DNA of 64,000 nt from an uncultured Candidatus Saccharibacteria bacterium (GTDB lineage Bacteria > Patescibacteriota > UBA1384 > DTJR01): the NCBI GenBank assembly GCA_964580065.1, contig CAZOJE010000003.1, positions 18,441 to 82,440 of the forward strand, written 5' to 3'. Of the stretch, positions 11,617 through 22,189 are shown in pieces. The notes under the pieces are model-generated. The model searched no databases, was not told the origin of the DNA, and saw only the letters and a program-made list of their open reading frames with translations. Each line of letters opens with the position of its first letter. The stretch's first letter is position 1. The translations under genes were made by a program, and so were the position numbers.

Positions 11617-13668
11617 CTATTCTAAATGATCCGTTTCAAGAACTTTTTCAACCTTTTTTGACATTGCGCTAAATTCGTCTAACCGCCCAATATATTTTTC
11701 CGCTGCCGCTTGAGCACTTTTTAAAAGCGCTGTATCTTCCAGCCAAAGAGGGTTAATTTCGCTATAGCCCGATTGTACTAACCCCAAAATTGCCCCCGGC
11801 CCGCGCAACTGAAGGTCAATCTTTGATAGCTCAAATCCGTCCGTTGAGCCAACAAAGGCTTTGAGCCGTTTTTTTGTTTTTTCATTTTGAATGTTTTCCG
11901 AAAAAATAAAACAATACGATTGCAAATCATTACGACCGACGCGTCCCCTGAATTGATGCAATTGCGCCAGCCCAAATTTGTCCGCGTCCTCAATTATCAT
12001 CACCGTCGCGTTTGGAATATCCACTCCAACTTCAACGACACTCGTTGAAACAAGCACATCAATTTCACCCTTTTTCATTCGAGACATGATAGCCTCTTTT
12101 TCCGACGCCTTCATTTTGCCATGCAATTTTTCTATTCTCGTCGTCCCCAAAATCGTCTTAGCCAAATCGGCAAATTCCGTTTCAACCGCTTTTCGATCAT
12201 CGAGATCAAAAAGCGAATCGGAATTTTTCTGTTCAATAAAAGGACAGATCACAAACGCCTGCTGGCCAGCTTTTATTAAATTGAAAATAAATTTATAAGC
12301 GTCGGCTCTTTTTTGTTCGCTGATCAAATAAGTTTTAACCGGCAATCGGCCCGCTGGCTTCGAACGGATTATTGAAATATCCAAATTACCGAACAAAATG
12401 TGAGCCAAGGTACGAGGAATCGGCGTAGCCGATAGCGACAAAAAGTGGGGCGCTATATTTCCCGAAGCTAATTTTGCTCTTTGTTCAACGCCAAAACGAT
12501 GCTGTTCGTCCACCACCACCAAACCGACCTTTTCCAAGATAATGTCTTTTTGCAAAAGGGCGTGTGTACCGATTATTAAATCTGCATCTTCCAATTTTTC
12601 GGCTTGTTTTTTCATTTCTTTTTTCGTTGTAGCCGTTACAAGAGAAATTTTTATTTTCGTATCAGCTAAAAAACGGCGGGCTGTTTCATAATGTTGTTGA
12701 GATAGAATTTCGGTTGGCGCCAGCCAAACCGCTTTTAAACCATTAGAGGCAACCGCCACCGTGCCGGCAAGCGCCACCACAGTTTTGCCCGAACCAACAT
12801 CACCTTCAATGAGGCGGCTTGCCGGCACCTCTTTTTGCAAATCAGTTTTAATTTCGTCGATAACATTTTTTTGATCCTGTGTCAGTTTAAACGGTAATTT
12901 TGCAATAAAATCGTCCATTGCATCAAAATTTTTGATTTTATAAGCTGGCGACTGCTGATTTTTTTGTCTTTGCAAAAGATTGGCCAGCATAAAAATAAAA
13001 AGCTCACCAAAAATCAGCCGTCTTTTAGAAAGCCAAAATTCTTCCAACAAGCGCGGAAAATGCATCATTCGAATAGCTTGATTAATTTCGGGCAAATTAT
13101 TTTTTTTCAAAACTTCCGCCGGAATAAATTCCTCAACTTCATAATTCATTTTAAGAGCATTTTTCACCGCCCGAGAGATAATTTTTTGCGACAATTTGCC
13201 TGTTAGGGGATAAACCGGAATGATCGCGGCCGCGGCGTGCATTTCGGGGTTCGAAATAAAAATTTGTTTTTTTATAAAATCAAATTCTACTTGGCCGTAA
13301 AAAATCAGCTCCTGAGCGACTTTTAAAGATTGTTTTAAAAAAGGTTGGTTAAACCAGCGCGCCGGTATTTCACCAGTTTCATCAGACAAAGTTGCTTCAG
13401 TTAACCAAATTCTTTTACGCGCTGTTTTTGTTTGATTGACTTTTTCGATTGTCGCTTTAACCGCGACTTTTTCACCCCGCATACGCGGCAGATTCTTAAT
13501 TTCGGTCGTTTTGGTTAAATCGATAAAAGTACGCGGTTTGTATAAAAGCAAATCTTCGATCGTCACAACAGAGCATCGGGCAAAATCAGCTGCTAAGCGT
13601 TCGCCAATATAGGGGATTGCGCTAACCCGAGGCGGCCTATTTGTTTTTTCCGACATGGGCGAGAACAT
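11617..13668 (-). CDS. recG: ATP-dependent DNA helicase RecG
   Basis: 683 aa with helicase motifs (GDVGSGKT, DEQHRFG) and RecG wedge-domain architecture. Confidence 0.9.
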   Translation of the reverse strand: MFSPMSEKTNRPPRVSAIPYIGERLAADFARCSVVTIEDLLLYKPRTFIDLTKTTEIKNLPRMRGEKVAVKATIEKVNQTKTARKRIWLTEATLSDETGEIPARWFNQPFLKQSLKVAQELIFYGQVEFDFIKKQIFISNPEMHAAAAIIPVYPLTGKLSQKIISRAVKNALKMNYEVEEFIPAEVLKKNNLPEINQAIRMMHFPRLLEEFWLSKRRLIFGELFIFMLANLLQRQKNQQSPAYKIKNFDAMDDFIAKLPFKLTQDQKNVIDEIKTDLQKEVPASRLIEGDVGSGKTVVALAGTVAVASNGLKAVWLAPTEILSQQHYETARRFLADTKIKISLVTATTKKEMKKQAEKLEDADLIIGTHALLQKDIILEKVGLVVVDEQHRFGVEQRAKLASGNIAPHFLSLSATPIPRTLAHILFGNLDISIIRSKPAGRLPVKTYLISEQKRADAYKFIFNLIKAGQQAFVICPFIEQKNSDSLFDLDDRKAVETEFADLAKTILGTTRIEKLHGKMKASEKEAIMSRMKKGEIDVLVSTSVVEVGVDIPNATVMIIEDADKFGLAQLHQFRGRVGRNDLQSYCFIFSENIQNEKTKKRLKAFVGSTDGFELSKIDLQLRGPGAILGLVQSGYSEINPLWLEDTALLKSAQAAAEKYIGRLDEFSAMSKKVEKVLETDHLE

Positions 13669-14203
13669 ATTTTATCTTTTCCTGAACTGTTTTTTTGTCT
13701 TCAGGAATTTTACTTAAATAGGGGATAATTTCTTGGCGTTTATAACCCAAACTGGTTAACGCTTCAAGCGTTTCGTCGTTTTCTCCCATTAAATCAGCTA
13801 TATCGCCAGACGCCTTGCCTTTAAGCTCAACAATAATTTTGGCCGCAACCTTTGTTCCTACGCCGCTAACTGCCCGAAAAGCATTTGAATCAGATTTGGC
13901 TAAAGCGGTCGTAAATTTTTCTTGGCCTAGTGTACCGATAATCGCCAAAGCCACCTTCGGACCAACCCCTGAAACCCCCAAAAGAAGTTCAAAAATTTTT
14001 AGCTCGCTAGGGGAGTCGAATCCGTAAAGATCGTCAGTGTCTTCTCTTATAAGATGATAGATAAAAAACTCCGCCTCGTCGCCCTCTTTTTTTCGCTCAA
14101 TTAAATCGGGTTTGGCGAAAACCTTATACCCCACTGCGCTATCCCCTACGGCCACATAATTGGCCCCTTTATAAATAATTTTTCCCTTAAGATAAGCTAT
14201 CAT
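13637..14203 (-). CDS. ruvA: Holliday junction DNA helicase RuvA
   Basis: 188 aa with MIAYLKGKI... N-terminus and GVSGVGPKVALAI HhH motifs. Confidence 0.85.
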   Translation of the reverse strand: MIAYLKGKIIYKGANYVAVGDSAVGYKVFAKPDLIERKKEGDEAEFFIYHLIREDTDDLYGFDSPSELKIFELLLGVSGVGPKVALAIIGTLGQEKFTTALAKSDSNAFRAVSGVGTKVAAKIIVELKGKASGDIADLMGENDETLEALTSLGYKRQEIIPYLSKIPEDKKTVQEKIKYVLAHVGKNK

Positions 14204-15080
14204 GTCTTGTCCTGCTAGTTGCGCGCATTTTTAAATTGTTTATGGCATTATATCCGGCAATCGCCGCTCCCACTGCCGGACCGATTTTGCCCAATGGCGA
14301 TTTTTTGACCTTTACACCGAGCTCGATAAAAGACGGCTCAAAGGCCGAAAAATTTTCTAAAATGTCGCCCGAAAGAATAAAAATCTCCGGATCAAAAAGC
14401 ATTTTTATATTAACCAAACCCGTCAACAAACTTTCTTTAAGATCTTTTAAAATCTGCTTTGAAACCAGTTCGCTTTGCGGATTTTCTTTGAGAATTTGAT
14501 AAATCGATCGGCCGGTTAGCGCTTCAATCCCCTCACCCGAAACCAACGCACCAAAACTGCCCGCGCTGTGCCGCTTTTCGCGAGTAATATCTAAAACCAT
14601 TTCGCGGATATTGCCCGAAGCATTGTGCTTGCCGCGATAAACTTTGCCGCCAACCACAAAGGCCGCCCCAACATCGCGGCCAATTTCCACAAAAGCAATG
14701 TCGCCAAATTCTTTGGCCGCTCCGAATGCCCTTTCCGCCAAGATCGAGCAAAATTCTCGTCTTTGGATAAAAATCGGTAAATTTAGCTTACGCGAAAGCA
14801 TTTGATAAATATCCGCCCCTTCGAGTTCTTTGATCGGCGAGCTGACAACTTTTTTACCGCTAGAATCAAAAACCGCCGGCAAAGCCACACCCACCGCTAT
14901 CGCTTGATGGAAATTTGGCAATGAAGTAACAGTTTTTTCGATTTTAGAAATAATTGATTCGCGTCCCAGTTTGGGAATATAAGGACGAGCCAGTTTTTCA
15001 ACCGTGGCAAAATTCCCGTCCAAAAGAACGGCTTCGATCCCGCCAAGCCCATAGCTGACACCCGCAATATATTTGTTCAT
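14187..15080 (-). CDS. ROK family sugar kinase/regulator
   Basis: 297 aa with ROK-type N-terminal ATPase motifs (GVSYGLGGIEAVLLD). Confidence 0.65.
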   Translation of the reverse strand: MNKYIAGVSYGLGGIEAVLLDGNFATVEKLARPYIPKLGRESIISKIEKTVTSLPNFHQAIAVGVALPAVFDSSGKKVVSSPIKELEGADIYQMLSRKLNLPIFIQRREFCSILAERAFGAAKEFGDIAFVEIGRDVGAAFVVGGKVYRGKHNASGNIREMVLDITREKRHSAGSFGALVSGEGIEALTGRSIYQILKENPQSELVSKQILKDLKESLLTGLVNIKMLFDPEIFILSGDILENFSAFEPSFIELGVKVKKSPLGKIGPAVGAAIAGYNAINNLKMRATSRTRHDSLS

Positions 15081-15180
15081 ATGCTTAAAATACTACGCGC
15101 TAACCTTAAACACAACCCTAACCCTTAAGGGTAATCTTGTATTCAAGAAACAAAGTCCTGTGTCGCTCGAGCCAAAATAA

Positions 15181-16119
15181 TTATTTTTTGAGATTTTCGT
15201 AAATTTCTCTTATTCCGTCTTCTAGCTCAACGGTCGGACTGTAACCAAGTTCGGTGGAAATTTTGTTGATATCGGCTAATTGCGATCTAACGTAGCCCTC
15301 TTTGACTGGATTAGGAATAAAATTCGGCTCGATATTCTTGCCCATGACTTTATTAATCACACCAACCAGATCAATTAAATTGATACATTTATTGGTGCCG
15401 ATATTAAAGACTGTAAAGCCATATTTTTTTTCATTCAACATCGCTTTTTCAATACCTTGAACGACATCTTTGACGTTAGTAAAGTCGCGCTCTTGCTTTC
15501 CGTCGCCGTACAAAACTGGCTGTTCGTCTTTAGCCATAAGCCAAATAAATTGCGAAACAAGATTAGCAAAAGTGCCCTTATGGTTTTCGTTCAAACCATA
15601 AATTGACATAAAACGAAAAGCAATTATTTCTAATTCCTCCGAGGAAGAAAACACGCGCGATGCGCCTTCTTGGGCAAATTTTGTGACCGAATAATGATTC
15701 GGCGGCGTGACTTGCTGATCTTCAGTCAACGGCGTGGGATTGTTACCGTAAATCGAACTGGTCGAAGCAAACAGCATTTTTTTGGCGCCGATTTCCTTAG
15801 CAAACTGCATCACGCGAATGTGGCCAGCGACGTTATTTTGATAGGCCCAATACATATCATTAGCAAACATCGGCGCCGAGGAAGAGGCCGCCAAATGAAC
15901 AATATAATCAAAGCTGTTGCCCGTTCGCTCAAGATCTTCTTTTTTATTTACGTCACCCTCAACAAATCTCACTTTATCCGAAAGATTTTCTGTTTTGCCC
16001 AAAGACAAATTATCAATCACAACAACTTCATGGCCTTTTTCAGCCATCATGTTAGCAAGATTACTGCCGATAAATCCCGCCCCGCCCGTTACTAAAATTT
16101 TTGCCATATTTTCCTCCAT
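15181..16119 (-). CDS. NAD-dependent nucleotide-sugar epimerase/dehydratase (SDR, UDP-glucose 4-epimerase-like)
   Basis: Rossmann GGAGFIGSNL motif and extended SDR layout. The likely start is MAKILVTGG (coordinate 16107). Confidence 0.75.
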   Translation of the reverse strand: MEENMAKILVTGGAGFIGSNLANMMAEKGHEVVVIDNLSLGKTENLSDKVRFVEGDVNKKEDLERTGNSFDYIVHLAASSSAPMFANDMYWAYQNNVAGHIRVMQFAKEIGAKKMLFASTSSIYGNNPTPLTEDQQVTPPNHYSVTKFAQEGASRVFSSSEELEIIAFRFMSIYGLNENHKGTFANLVSQFIWLMAKDEQPVLYGDGKQERDFTNVKDVVQGIEKAMLNEKKYGFTVFNIGTNKCINLIDLVGVINKVMGKNIEPNFIPNPVKEGYVRSQLADINKISTELGYSPTVELEDGIREIYENLKK

Positions 16120-16161
16120 TTCAGGCCGATTAGCAACCAGCCCAAAATCTCATTTACGTTT

Positions 16162-17523
16162 TTATTTTTCAATTAATTCTTTAACTTCTTGCGTTTTTGC
16201 CTTCAATAGTTTTTCATTTTTTGCTTCCAAATTCAACTTGGCCGCTGGCTCGGTGTTGGAAGCGCGAAAATTCATTCGCCAGTCGGGATATTCTATTGTC
16301 AGACCGTCAAGATCATCTTGTTTGGCATCAGTATACTTGGTTTTTAGCTTACTGATAATTGCCGAGGGGTCTTCAATTTTGAATTTAATTTCGTCAATCA
16401 TGAAATGATCTTTTTGAAACGGCGCCACCAATTCGGAAATTTTTTTGCCCGATTTAGACAACAACTCCCAAATCAACAAAAACGGAATAATGCCATTATC
16501 CATGAAATGTGTTTCTTCAAAAAAATAATGGGCGGTCATTTCAGCGCCAAATGAAGCCCCAACCCGCCCCATCGTTTCTTTCATAAAACGATAGCCCGAT
16601 TTAGAAGTCACCATTTCAACCCCTACTTTTTGGCAGGCGTTTTGTAGCGGCCAAATAATGCGCGGGTCGCAAACAATTGGTCTTTTGCCATGCTTAGACA
16701 CAATCGTTTCAACTAAAGCGGCTGTGATATAGGGAGCATTGATGAAATTGCCTTTTTCGTCCAAGAAAAAAACCCGATCGCCGTCGCCGTCCCACATTAA
16801 GGTAAAATCATAATCACCCGCCGCCGCTTTTTGCAAAGCTTCCTTTTGAATTTCCGGATTTAGAGGATTTGGTTCACAAAGACCGCCGAATTTGAAATCG
16901 GGCTGTTTGTGAATGAAATCTGCCTCAACCGGCAAATCTTTCAAAATTTTATCAATAATCAATCCGACCGATCCATGCGTCGTGTCAAAAAGAAGTTTTT
17001 TTCGGCTAAGCTTTTTTTCATCAATCAAAGAGCGGACAAAATTAACGTAATCGTCAAAAATATCAACTTTCTTCACTGTACCTTTGGGCCCATCATACGG
17101 CTCCACACCCTCGAGAGAAAATTTTTTCAACTGCTCGTCATTACCAGCAATCGTAACAGCGTCCTCTCGCATCATCTTCATACCGCCATAGCCGACCGGA
17201 TTGTGCGAAGCGGACAAAATAATTCCACCATCAAGGCCGTAATTAAAAACGGCAAAACCAATCATCGGGTTAGTCATTTGCCCCGCGTCTTGAACATTTA
17301 CACCACGATCAGTTAAGGCCTTAACCACCGCCGCAAACATTTTGTCGCTAGCTTCGCGCAAGTCCCGTCCCACCACCACCATTTTCGGTTTTATTTTTTC
17401 CGCATAAGCCGAGGCGATTTTGTAAGCCACCTCTTCATTTACTTGATCCGGGTAAGTGCCCCTGATGTCATAAGCGCGAAATATTTTTTCGTCCACTGTA
17501 CCCTCCGATTTTAGTTTTATCAA
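16162..17523 (-). CDS. Phosphomannomutase/phosphoglucomutase
   Basis: 453 aa with active-site SASHNP motif and a metal-binding DGDGDR loop. Confidence 0.85.
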   Translation of the reverse strand: MIKLKSEGTVDEKIFRAYDIRGTYPDQVNEEVAYKIASAYAEKIKPKMVVVGRDLREASDKMFAAVVKALTDRGVNVQDAGQMTNPMIGFAVFNYGLDGGIILSASHNPVGYGGMKMMREDAVTIAGNDEQLKKFSLEGVEPYDGPKGTVKKVDIFDDYVNFVRSLIDEKKLSRKKLLFDTTHGSVGLIIDKILKDLPVEADFIHKQPDFKFGGLCEPNPLNPEIQKEALQKAAAGDYDFTLMWDGDGDRVFFLDEKGNFINAPYITAALVETIVSKHGKRPIVCDPRIIWPLQNACQKVGVEMVTSKSGYRFMKETMGRVGASFGAEMTAHYFFEETHFMDNGIIPFLLIWELLSKSGKKISELVAPFQKDHFMIDEIKFKIEDPSAIISKLKTKYTDAKQDDLDGLTIEYPDWRMNFRASNTEPAAKLNLEAKNEKLLKAKTQEVKELIEK

Positions 17524-18611
17524 AGATATAAATGCTTCCCTTCGTCTTTGAGTTTTTCAAGCAATTTCTTTACATCTTGGGCTTTGTTTCTGTTGGCAAT
17601 TAATATTGCATCGGGAGTATCTATCACAATTACGTCCTCCAGCCCCAATGTTGCAATCATTTTGTCGCCGGCATAAATGAGAGAATTCTGACTATCAACA
17701 TCGAGATGGTAACCTCGCGAAATCATTTTTGTGCTGTAATGCTCGCTTAAAACATCAAATAATGTCCCCCAGTTGCCAATGTCGCTCCAACCCAAATCAG
17801 CCGGAATAACTAAAATCTTCTTAAAATCAGGTTGCTCGATAATAGCGTTCTCGAACTGTTCCGATTCTAACGAACCATAAAGGTTCTTTATTTTGATTTG
17901 GGTAGCGCCGTTCCCCGTTCCAGTCAATTTGCCGATTTCGCTTATGACTTCGGCCATTTCGGGACGATATTTTTTGATCCAGCCGCTTAACTTTGCCGCT
18001 TTGAAAAAGTAATAAGCGCCGTTCCAGAGATATTCCCAGCTCTGCAAATATTTTTCGGCCGTTTTTTGGTCTGGTTTTTCGACAAATTTTTCCACTTCAA
18101 AAATCTTTTCGGAATCAATTTCACACAAAGACGAGCCGATTTTGATGTAGCCCAACCCCGTGTCTGGCTTAGTTGGGTTGATACCAACCGCCACTAAATG
18201 ATCGGGATATTTTTTCACTGCTTCAAAAGCAATCTTGACGGTGTTGACAAAAATATCAACATTTTTGACAATGTGGTCTGAAGCAATGGTGGCAATGACA
18301 GCGTCTTTATCGCGCTTGCCGATAATTTCAGCAATATATGCTAGAGCTGGCGCGGTATTTTTGCCCGAGGGCTCAATGATGAAATTTTCTTCCGGAACAT
18401 TTGGCAGCTGTTTTTTGACTTCCTCGGCATATTGAGAAACCGTCGAGACAAAAATATTTTTTTCCGCTAAAGCCCTGGATAGGCGACTATATGTCTCCTG
18501 AATCAAAGTTTTTTCCGAAACTAAATTATGAAACTGTTTTGGTTTCTTTTTGCGGCTCATCGGCCAAAGTCTGGTACCCGACCCACCCGCCATTATCACG
18601 GCATAATTCAT
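17520..18611 (-). CDS. manC: Mannose-1-phosphate guanylyltransferase
   Basis: 363 aa with MNYAVIMAGGSGTRLWP... nucleotidyltransferase N-terminus. Confidence 0.8.
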   Translation of the reverse strand: MNYAVIMAGGSGTRLWPMSRKKKPKQFHNLVSEKTLIQETYSRLSRALAEKNIFVSTVSQYAEEVKKQLPNVPEENFIIEPSGKNTAPALAYIAEIIGKRDKDAVIATIASDHIVKNVDIFVNTVKIAFEAVKKYPDHLVAVGINPTKPDTGLGYIKIGSSLCEIDSEKIFEVEKFVEKPDQKTAEKYLQSWEYLWNGAYYFFKAAKLSGWIKKYRPEMAEVISEIGKLTGTGNGATQIKIKNLYGSLESEQFENAIIEQPDFKKILVIPADLGWSDIGNWGTLFDVLSEHYSTKMISRGYHLDVDSQNSLIYAGDKMIATLGLEDVIVIDTPDAILIANRNKAQDVKKLLEKLKDEGKHLYL

Positions 18612-18758
18612 ATCTCCTCGCTTTCGTTTGCTTAATTTAATTAATTATAAAACTATATTAGCGAAATAACATAAAAAATAGCTTTATTGTTAATTAAATC
18701 GATGCTTAATAACTATATGATATTATCATAAAAAGCAAATAGGGCACAAGATTTTTGC

Positions 18759-20270
18759 CTATTTTTTTGTCTTCGGCGAGACCAAAGAATCAACCAAAGC
18801 AACCAGTTTTTTGTAATAGTTTTTAGCTTCCTCTCTCGAGTGGCCAATACAAACCGCGCCGAAACGACCAAGTTCAGTTATCATACCGGGCATAAATAAA
18901 ATGACGCCCTTCTTTGTATCTTTATTGAAAGAGATTTTGCTAGAAGCAACTGTCTCAATCAAAGTTTTTGGTGTTAATTTTTTATACTTTTCCGATTCTA
19001 TAAAGTCCATAGAGTAGTAATAAATTGGAGTATCACCGCATTGTAGCAGACCTGTTTTGCGGTTATATTTCGCTCCAGTCAAGAAATAAGTAATCCTAAA
19101 TGGATGTGTCGTCCCGCCTTTACGCAAATTAATTTCGATGGGATAAACCGTAAAATTGTCTGACTGTTTAACGGCTAGAAAATCTATCGAAAAATTTCCT
19201 ACCATACCTTTTTTCGACATCCAATTTGCAACTAATTCAGCTTGTTTGATTATCTCTTTTTTATAATTCTCGTTGGCAGGGAATTCACATCCCGCATAGC
19301 GCTGGCTACCCGGGCCGCCCAATATTTGCTCATGCGTAGAAACTATATTCACTTTTCCCGATGGCAAAAGCTGGATTTGAACGCTCGGAGAATGATTTTT
19401 TCCTCCTATATAAAGTTCGCAAATCCCTCCCAACCTATCAAATTCTTTTTTAAATCCTGCATAATTTTGTTTTTCTGATTGAAAAATGGCATATTTATCA
19501 AATCTTTTTTCAAAAATATCAAAAGCTGTCTTACTGGAAATTTTTCCTTGATTATTCAATTCATCCGATAAAAAATCGCCCATATTAAAAATACAGTTTC
19601 CCTTGCCAGACGAGCTTTCATTAAGTTTAATCATAATCTTTTCAGATCCAGGAGAATCTTCGTATAATTTAACCATTTTTTCGAAAAGCAAAACGGTGCT
19701 TTTGATATAAGCAAAACCATTAATCAGCTTTAAACCGACAAGTTGAAATATTTTCCTAGCACCACTTTTAGTGCCAATATAGTCAAACTTTTCCCGATGG
19801 CCAAAAATAGAAATGCCTAATTCTTTAGCTATAGCCCTTTCTTGTGCTGTTGTATTATAACAACGCAACATTGCCATCGCTTTATTCGGAATGCTGTCTG
19901 ATATTTTTTTCAACGCACCCTCATCCTTCAGCAATCTTTCCGATAAAGATTGAACTGAAGCGGCGCTTGTTTTGTTTACTTCAATATGTACTAATCTTGC
20001 AAACGCACTCTTAATTTCGTTTGGCTTGGTAAAAATTGTCGATATGTAATATTCAAAAAGCTCTGTGTTAAATCCTTCAGAAGTAACATATATAATTCGG
20101 GTTTTTTTATACTTTAAAAGGAACAAGAAAAACAACATCCTTTCCTCATAGAAGTCGAGTCCTTTAACCAGCGAAAGATTAAAACTGTCAGAATTCAAAC
20201 CAGACAACACGACAAAGGTACGCTCGTCGCGACAGTCTAAATCGGCTATTTTTTTGGCTATTTTTTTCAT
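18759..20270 (-). CDS. Hypothetical protein, possible ATP-grasp-like ligase (sugar-transfer-associated type?)
   Basis: 503 aa. The C-terminal half has ...SIDFLAVKQSDNFTVYPIEINLRKGG..., reminiscent of the ATP-grasp E-x-N metal site. Assignment is inference only. Confidence 0.45.
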   Translation of the reverse strand: MKKIAKKIADLDCRDERTFVVLSGLNSDSFNLSLVKGLDFYEERMLFFLFLLKYKKTRIIYVTSEGFNTELFEYYISTIFTKPNEIKSAFARLVHIEVNKTSAASVQSLSERLLKDEGALKKISDSIPNKAMAMLRCYNTTAQERAIAKELGISIFGHREKFDYIGTKSGARKIFQLVGLKLINGFAYIKSTVLLFEKMVKLYEDSPGSEKIMIKLNESSSGKGNCIFNMGDFLSDELNNQGKISSKTAFDIFEKRFDKYAIFQSEKQNYAGFKKEFDRLGGICELYIGGKNHSPSVQIQLLPSGKVNIVSTHEQILGGPGSQRYAGCEFPANENYKKEIIKQAELVANWMSKKGMVGNFSIDFLAVKQSDNFTVYPIEINLRKGGTTHPFRITYFLTGAKYNRKTGLLQCGDTPIYYYSMDFIESEKYKKLTPKTLIETVASSKISFNKDTKKGVILFMPGMITELGRFGAVCIGHSREEAKNYYKKLVALVDSLVSPKTKK

Positions 20271-20360
20271 TGTAAAAATTGTTTTTACTGTCTTACGGAT
20301 TGATTATCAGATTAAATATAGGTATAATTTACACTGGAAAACTAAGTTTGGCAACCAAAA

Positions 20361-21230
20361 ATGATTAAAATTGCAATTATTACAACTGATAATCCCAGAA
20401 CCGACCCCAGTATTACGTTACTAGTGTCCCAGCAGGAGGAGTTTGGGGTACAATTCATTATAATTAATCCATATAAAAAATATGATGGCGGAACTTTCGA
20501 TGATATAGATATTTTTTACCCCAGAATAACTGGCAGAGACGAAAAAGATATCGAAAACCAAATAAATTTTTACATCAAATTGGTAAAAAAATATCACAAA
20601 CCGTACATCGGCAATCTTAAATATCTGCCACACCAGAAAGACAAATACTACCAAAGCAAATGGGCAACAGAAACAGGTCTAACAGTACCAGCCACGTTCA
20701 AATACTCACCATTTTTTTTATCAAGAAAAATAGAAAAATTAGGTGGTTTGCCAATTGTCTTGAAAGCAAGAGAGTCATTTGGTGGCGCAGATGTTCACCT
20801 TGTTGAAAGCATGTCTGACTTCAGAAAAAAAATTGCTCCTGACAAAAAATATATAGTACAGCAATTTTTAAAATCCAAAGACCTAGCTAAAGATTATAGG
20901 GTGTACATAGTTGGCAACAGAATTGTTGGAGGGCTAATAAGAACCAGTCAATCAGAAACCGAATTTAGGTCAAACACATCGTTAGGCGCGATAGCAGAAT
21001 TCAACAACCCGGGGTCAGGCCTTTCCGCTTTGGCAAAAAAATATGTCAAATCGTTTGGATTTGAAATAATGTGTGTTGATTTTATGAAATATAAAGGCCG
21101 ATATTATTTCGTCGAAGCCAATGATGCATTTTCCGTTAAAACCGATAATGAACCACAAAAAATCGTTGTTTCCCGCTCAATAATAAGCTACCTTAAAAAT
21201 AAAGTTAATGAGTACAAAAATGGAAAGTAA
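20361..21230 (+). CDS. RimK-family ATP-grasp ligase (alpha-L-glutamate ligase-like)
   Basis: 289 aa: N-terminal pre-ATP-grasp, LPIVLKA..SFGG.DVHLVES, DYRVYIVGNRIVGG.IRTS, N.S.GAIAE, YYFVEANDAFSV, typical RimK organisation. Confidence 0.7.
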   Translation: MIKIAIITTDNPRTDPSITLLVSQQEEFGVQFIIINPYKKYDGGTFDDIDIFYPRITGRDEKDIENQINFYIKLVKKYHKPYIGNLKYLPHQKDKYYQSKWATETGLTVPATFKYSPFFLSRKIEKLGGLPIVLKARESFGGADVHLVESMSDFRKKIAPDKKYIVQQFLKSKDLAKDYRVYIVGNRIVGGLIRTSQSETEFRSNTSLGAIAEFNNPGSGLSALAKKYVKSFGFEIMCVDFMKYKGRYYFVEANDAFSVKTDNEPQKIVVSRSIISYLKNKVNEYKNGK

Positions 21231-22188
21231 ATTAATCGAACACAAATCACTTGCTTACATTATCGACGAATGTAAGAAAAGGGGCGTAGCTTGCAAGATT
21301 TTGTTCATAAACGTCCTCGAGTTAGAGTATGGCGGGAGAAAAGAGATTTTATATGATATTTTGAGTCCTAAAACGTCTGCTACTGCCTATTGTATCTGCA
21401 AATCCAAAGATACCGCAAAATATTTTCTCAAAAAAGCCGGTCTCTCAACTCCCAATGGGATTTCGTTCGATCGTAGCAAAGAGGATCATGCTTTGGATTA
21501 TATCCGAAAAGAGAACTTTAATTGCGTAATGAAACCCAATGATGGTTTGGGCGGCGATTTGGTTTTCACTGACATCGACTCGATCAGCGACTTTAAAAAT
21601 GCCTGGAAAGAAATCTTAAGTAAATACGAAAGAGTTCTGATTGAAAAAAAAGTGGCCGGAGATGAATACAGGTTCTTAGCCACAAAAAATAAGACCCTGT
21701 CTATTACTAAAAGGGTTCCTGCATATATTATAGGAAACGGTAAAAATTCCATCAGACAACTCATAGATATAAAAAATGACCGCGCCATCAGCGAAGGACG
21801 TAAAAATATTTCGCCCGACAATCCTATGGCCAATCATTTGGCCAAACAAGGTCTGACTCTTGATTCTATAATCGAAAACAAAAAAACTGTTTATCTAAGA
21901 CAAAACACAAATACTTCAACGGGTGGTGAAAGCATTAGCTTCGCCAAATATATCAATTCAAGTTTAGCTGATGTAGCAGTTAAAGCAGTCAACGCGATTC
22001 CAGGTTTAGAGTGGGCGGGGGTAGATATTATGACAGAGAATATTGATGGTAGTGAAAATTACAATATTATCGAAATAAATGCCAGCCCCGGAATCAATAT
22101 TCACCAAAACCCAACCGTCGGTGAAAAAGTTAACGTCGCCTCCGACATACTAGAAACAATTTTTCCGGAGTTAAAAAAGAAGTTTTAA
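21208..22188 (+). CDS. Stand-alone ATP-grasp ligase homologous to cyanophycin synthetase (CphA) G domain, paralog 1
   Basis: RVPAYIIGNGKNSIRQLID..N...R......P..K...........G...DS........V.LR.NTNTSTGGES...........A..A..AIPGL..AGVDIM......NIIEINASPGI..H..P..G matches the CphA ATP-grasp core. No M or N domain. The start may be Met at 21220. Confidence 0.65.
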   Translation: MSTKMESKLIEHKSLAYIIDECKKRGVACKILFINVLELEYGGRKEILYDILSPKTSATAYCICKSKDTAKYFLKKAGLSTPNGISFDRSKEDHALDYIRKENFNCVMKPNDGLGGDLVFTDIDSISDFKNAWKEILSKYERVLIEKKVAGDEYRFLATKNKTLSITKRVPAYIIGNGKNSIRQLIDIKNDRAISEGRKNISPDNPMANHLAKQGLTLDSIIENKKTVYLRQNTNTSTGGESISFAKYINSSLADVAVKAVNAIPGLEWAGVDIMTENIDGSENYNIIEINASPGINIHQNPTVGEKVNVASDILETIFPELKKKF

Positions 22189-22189
22189 A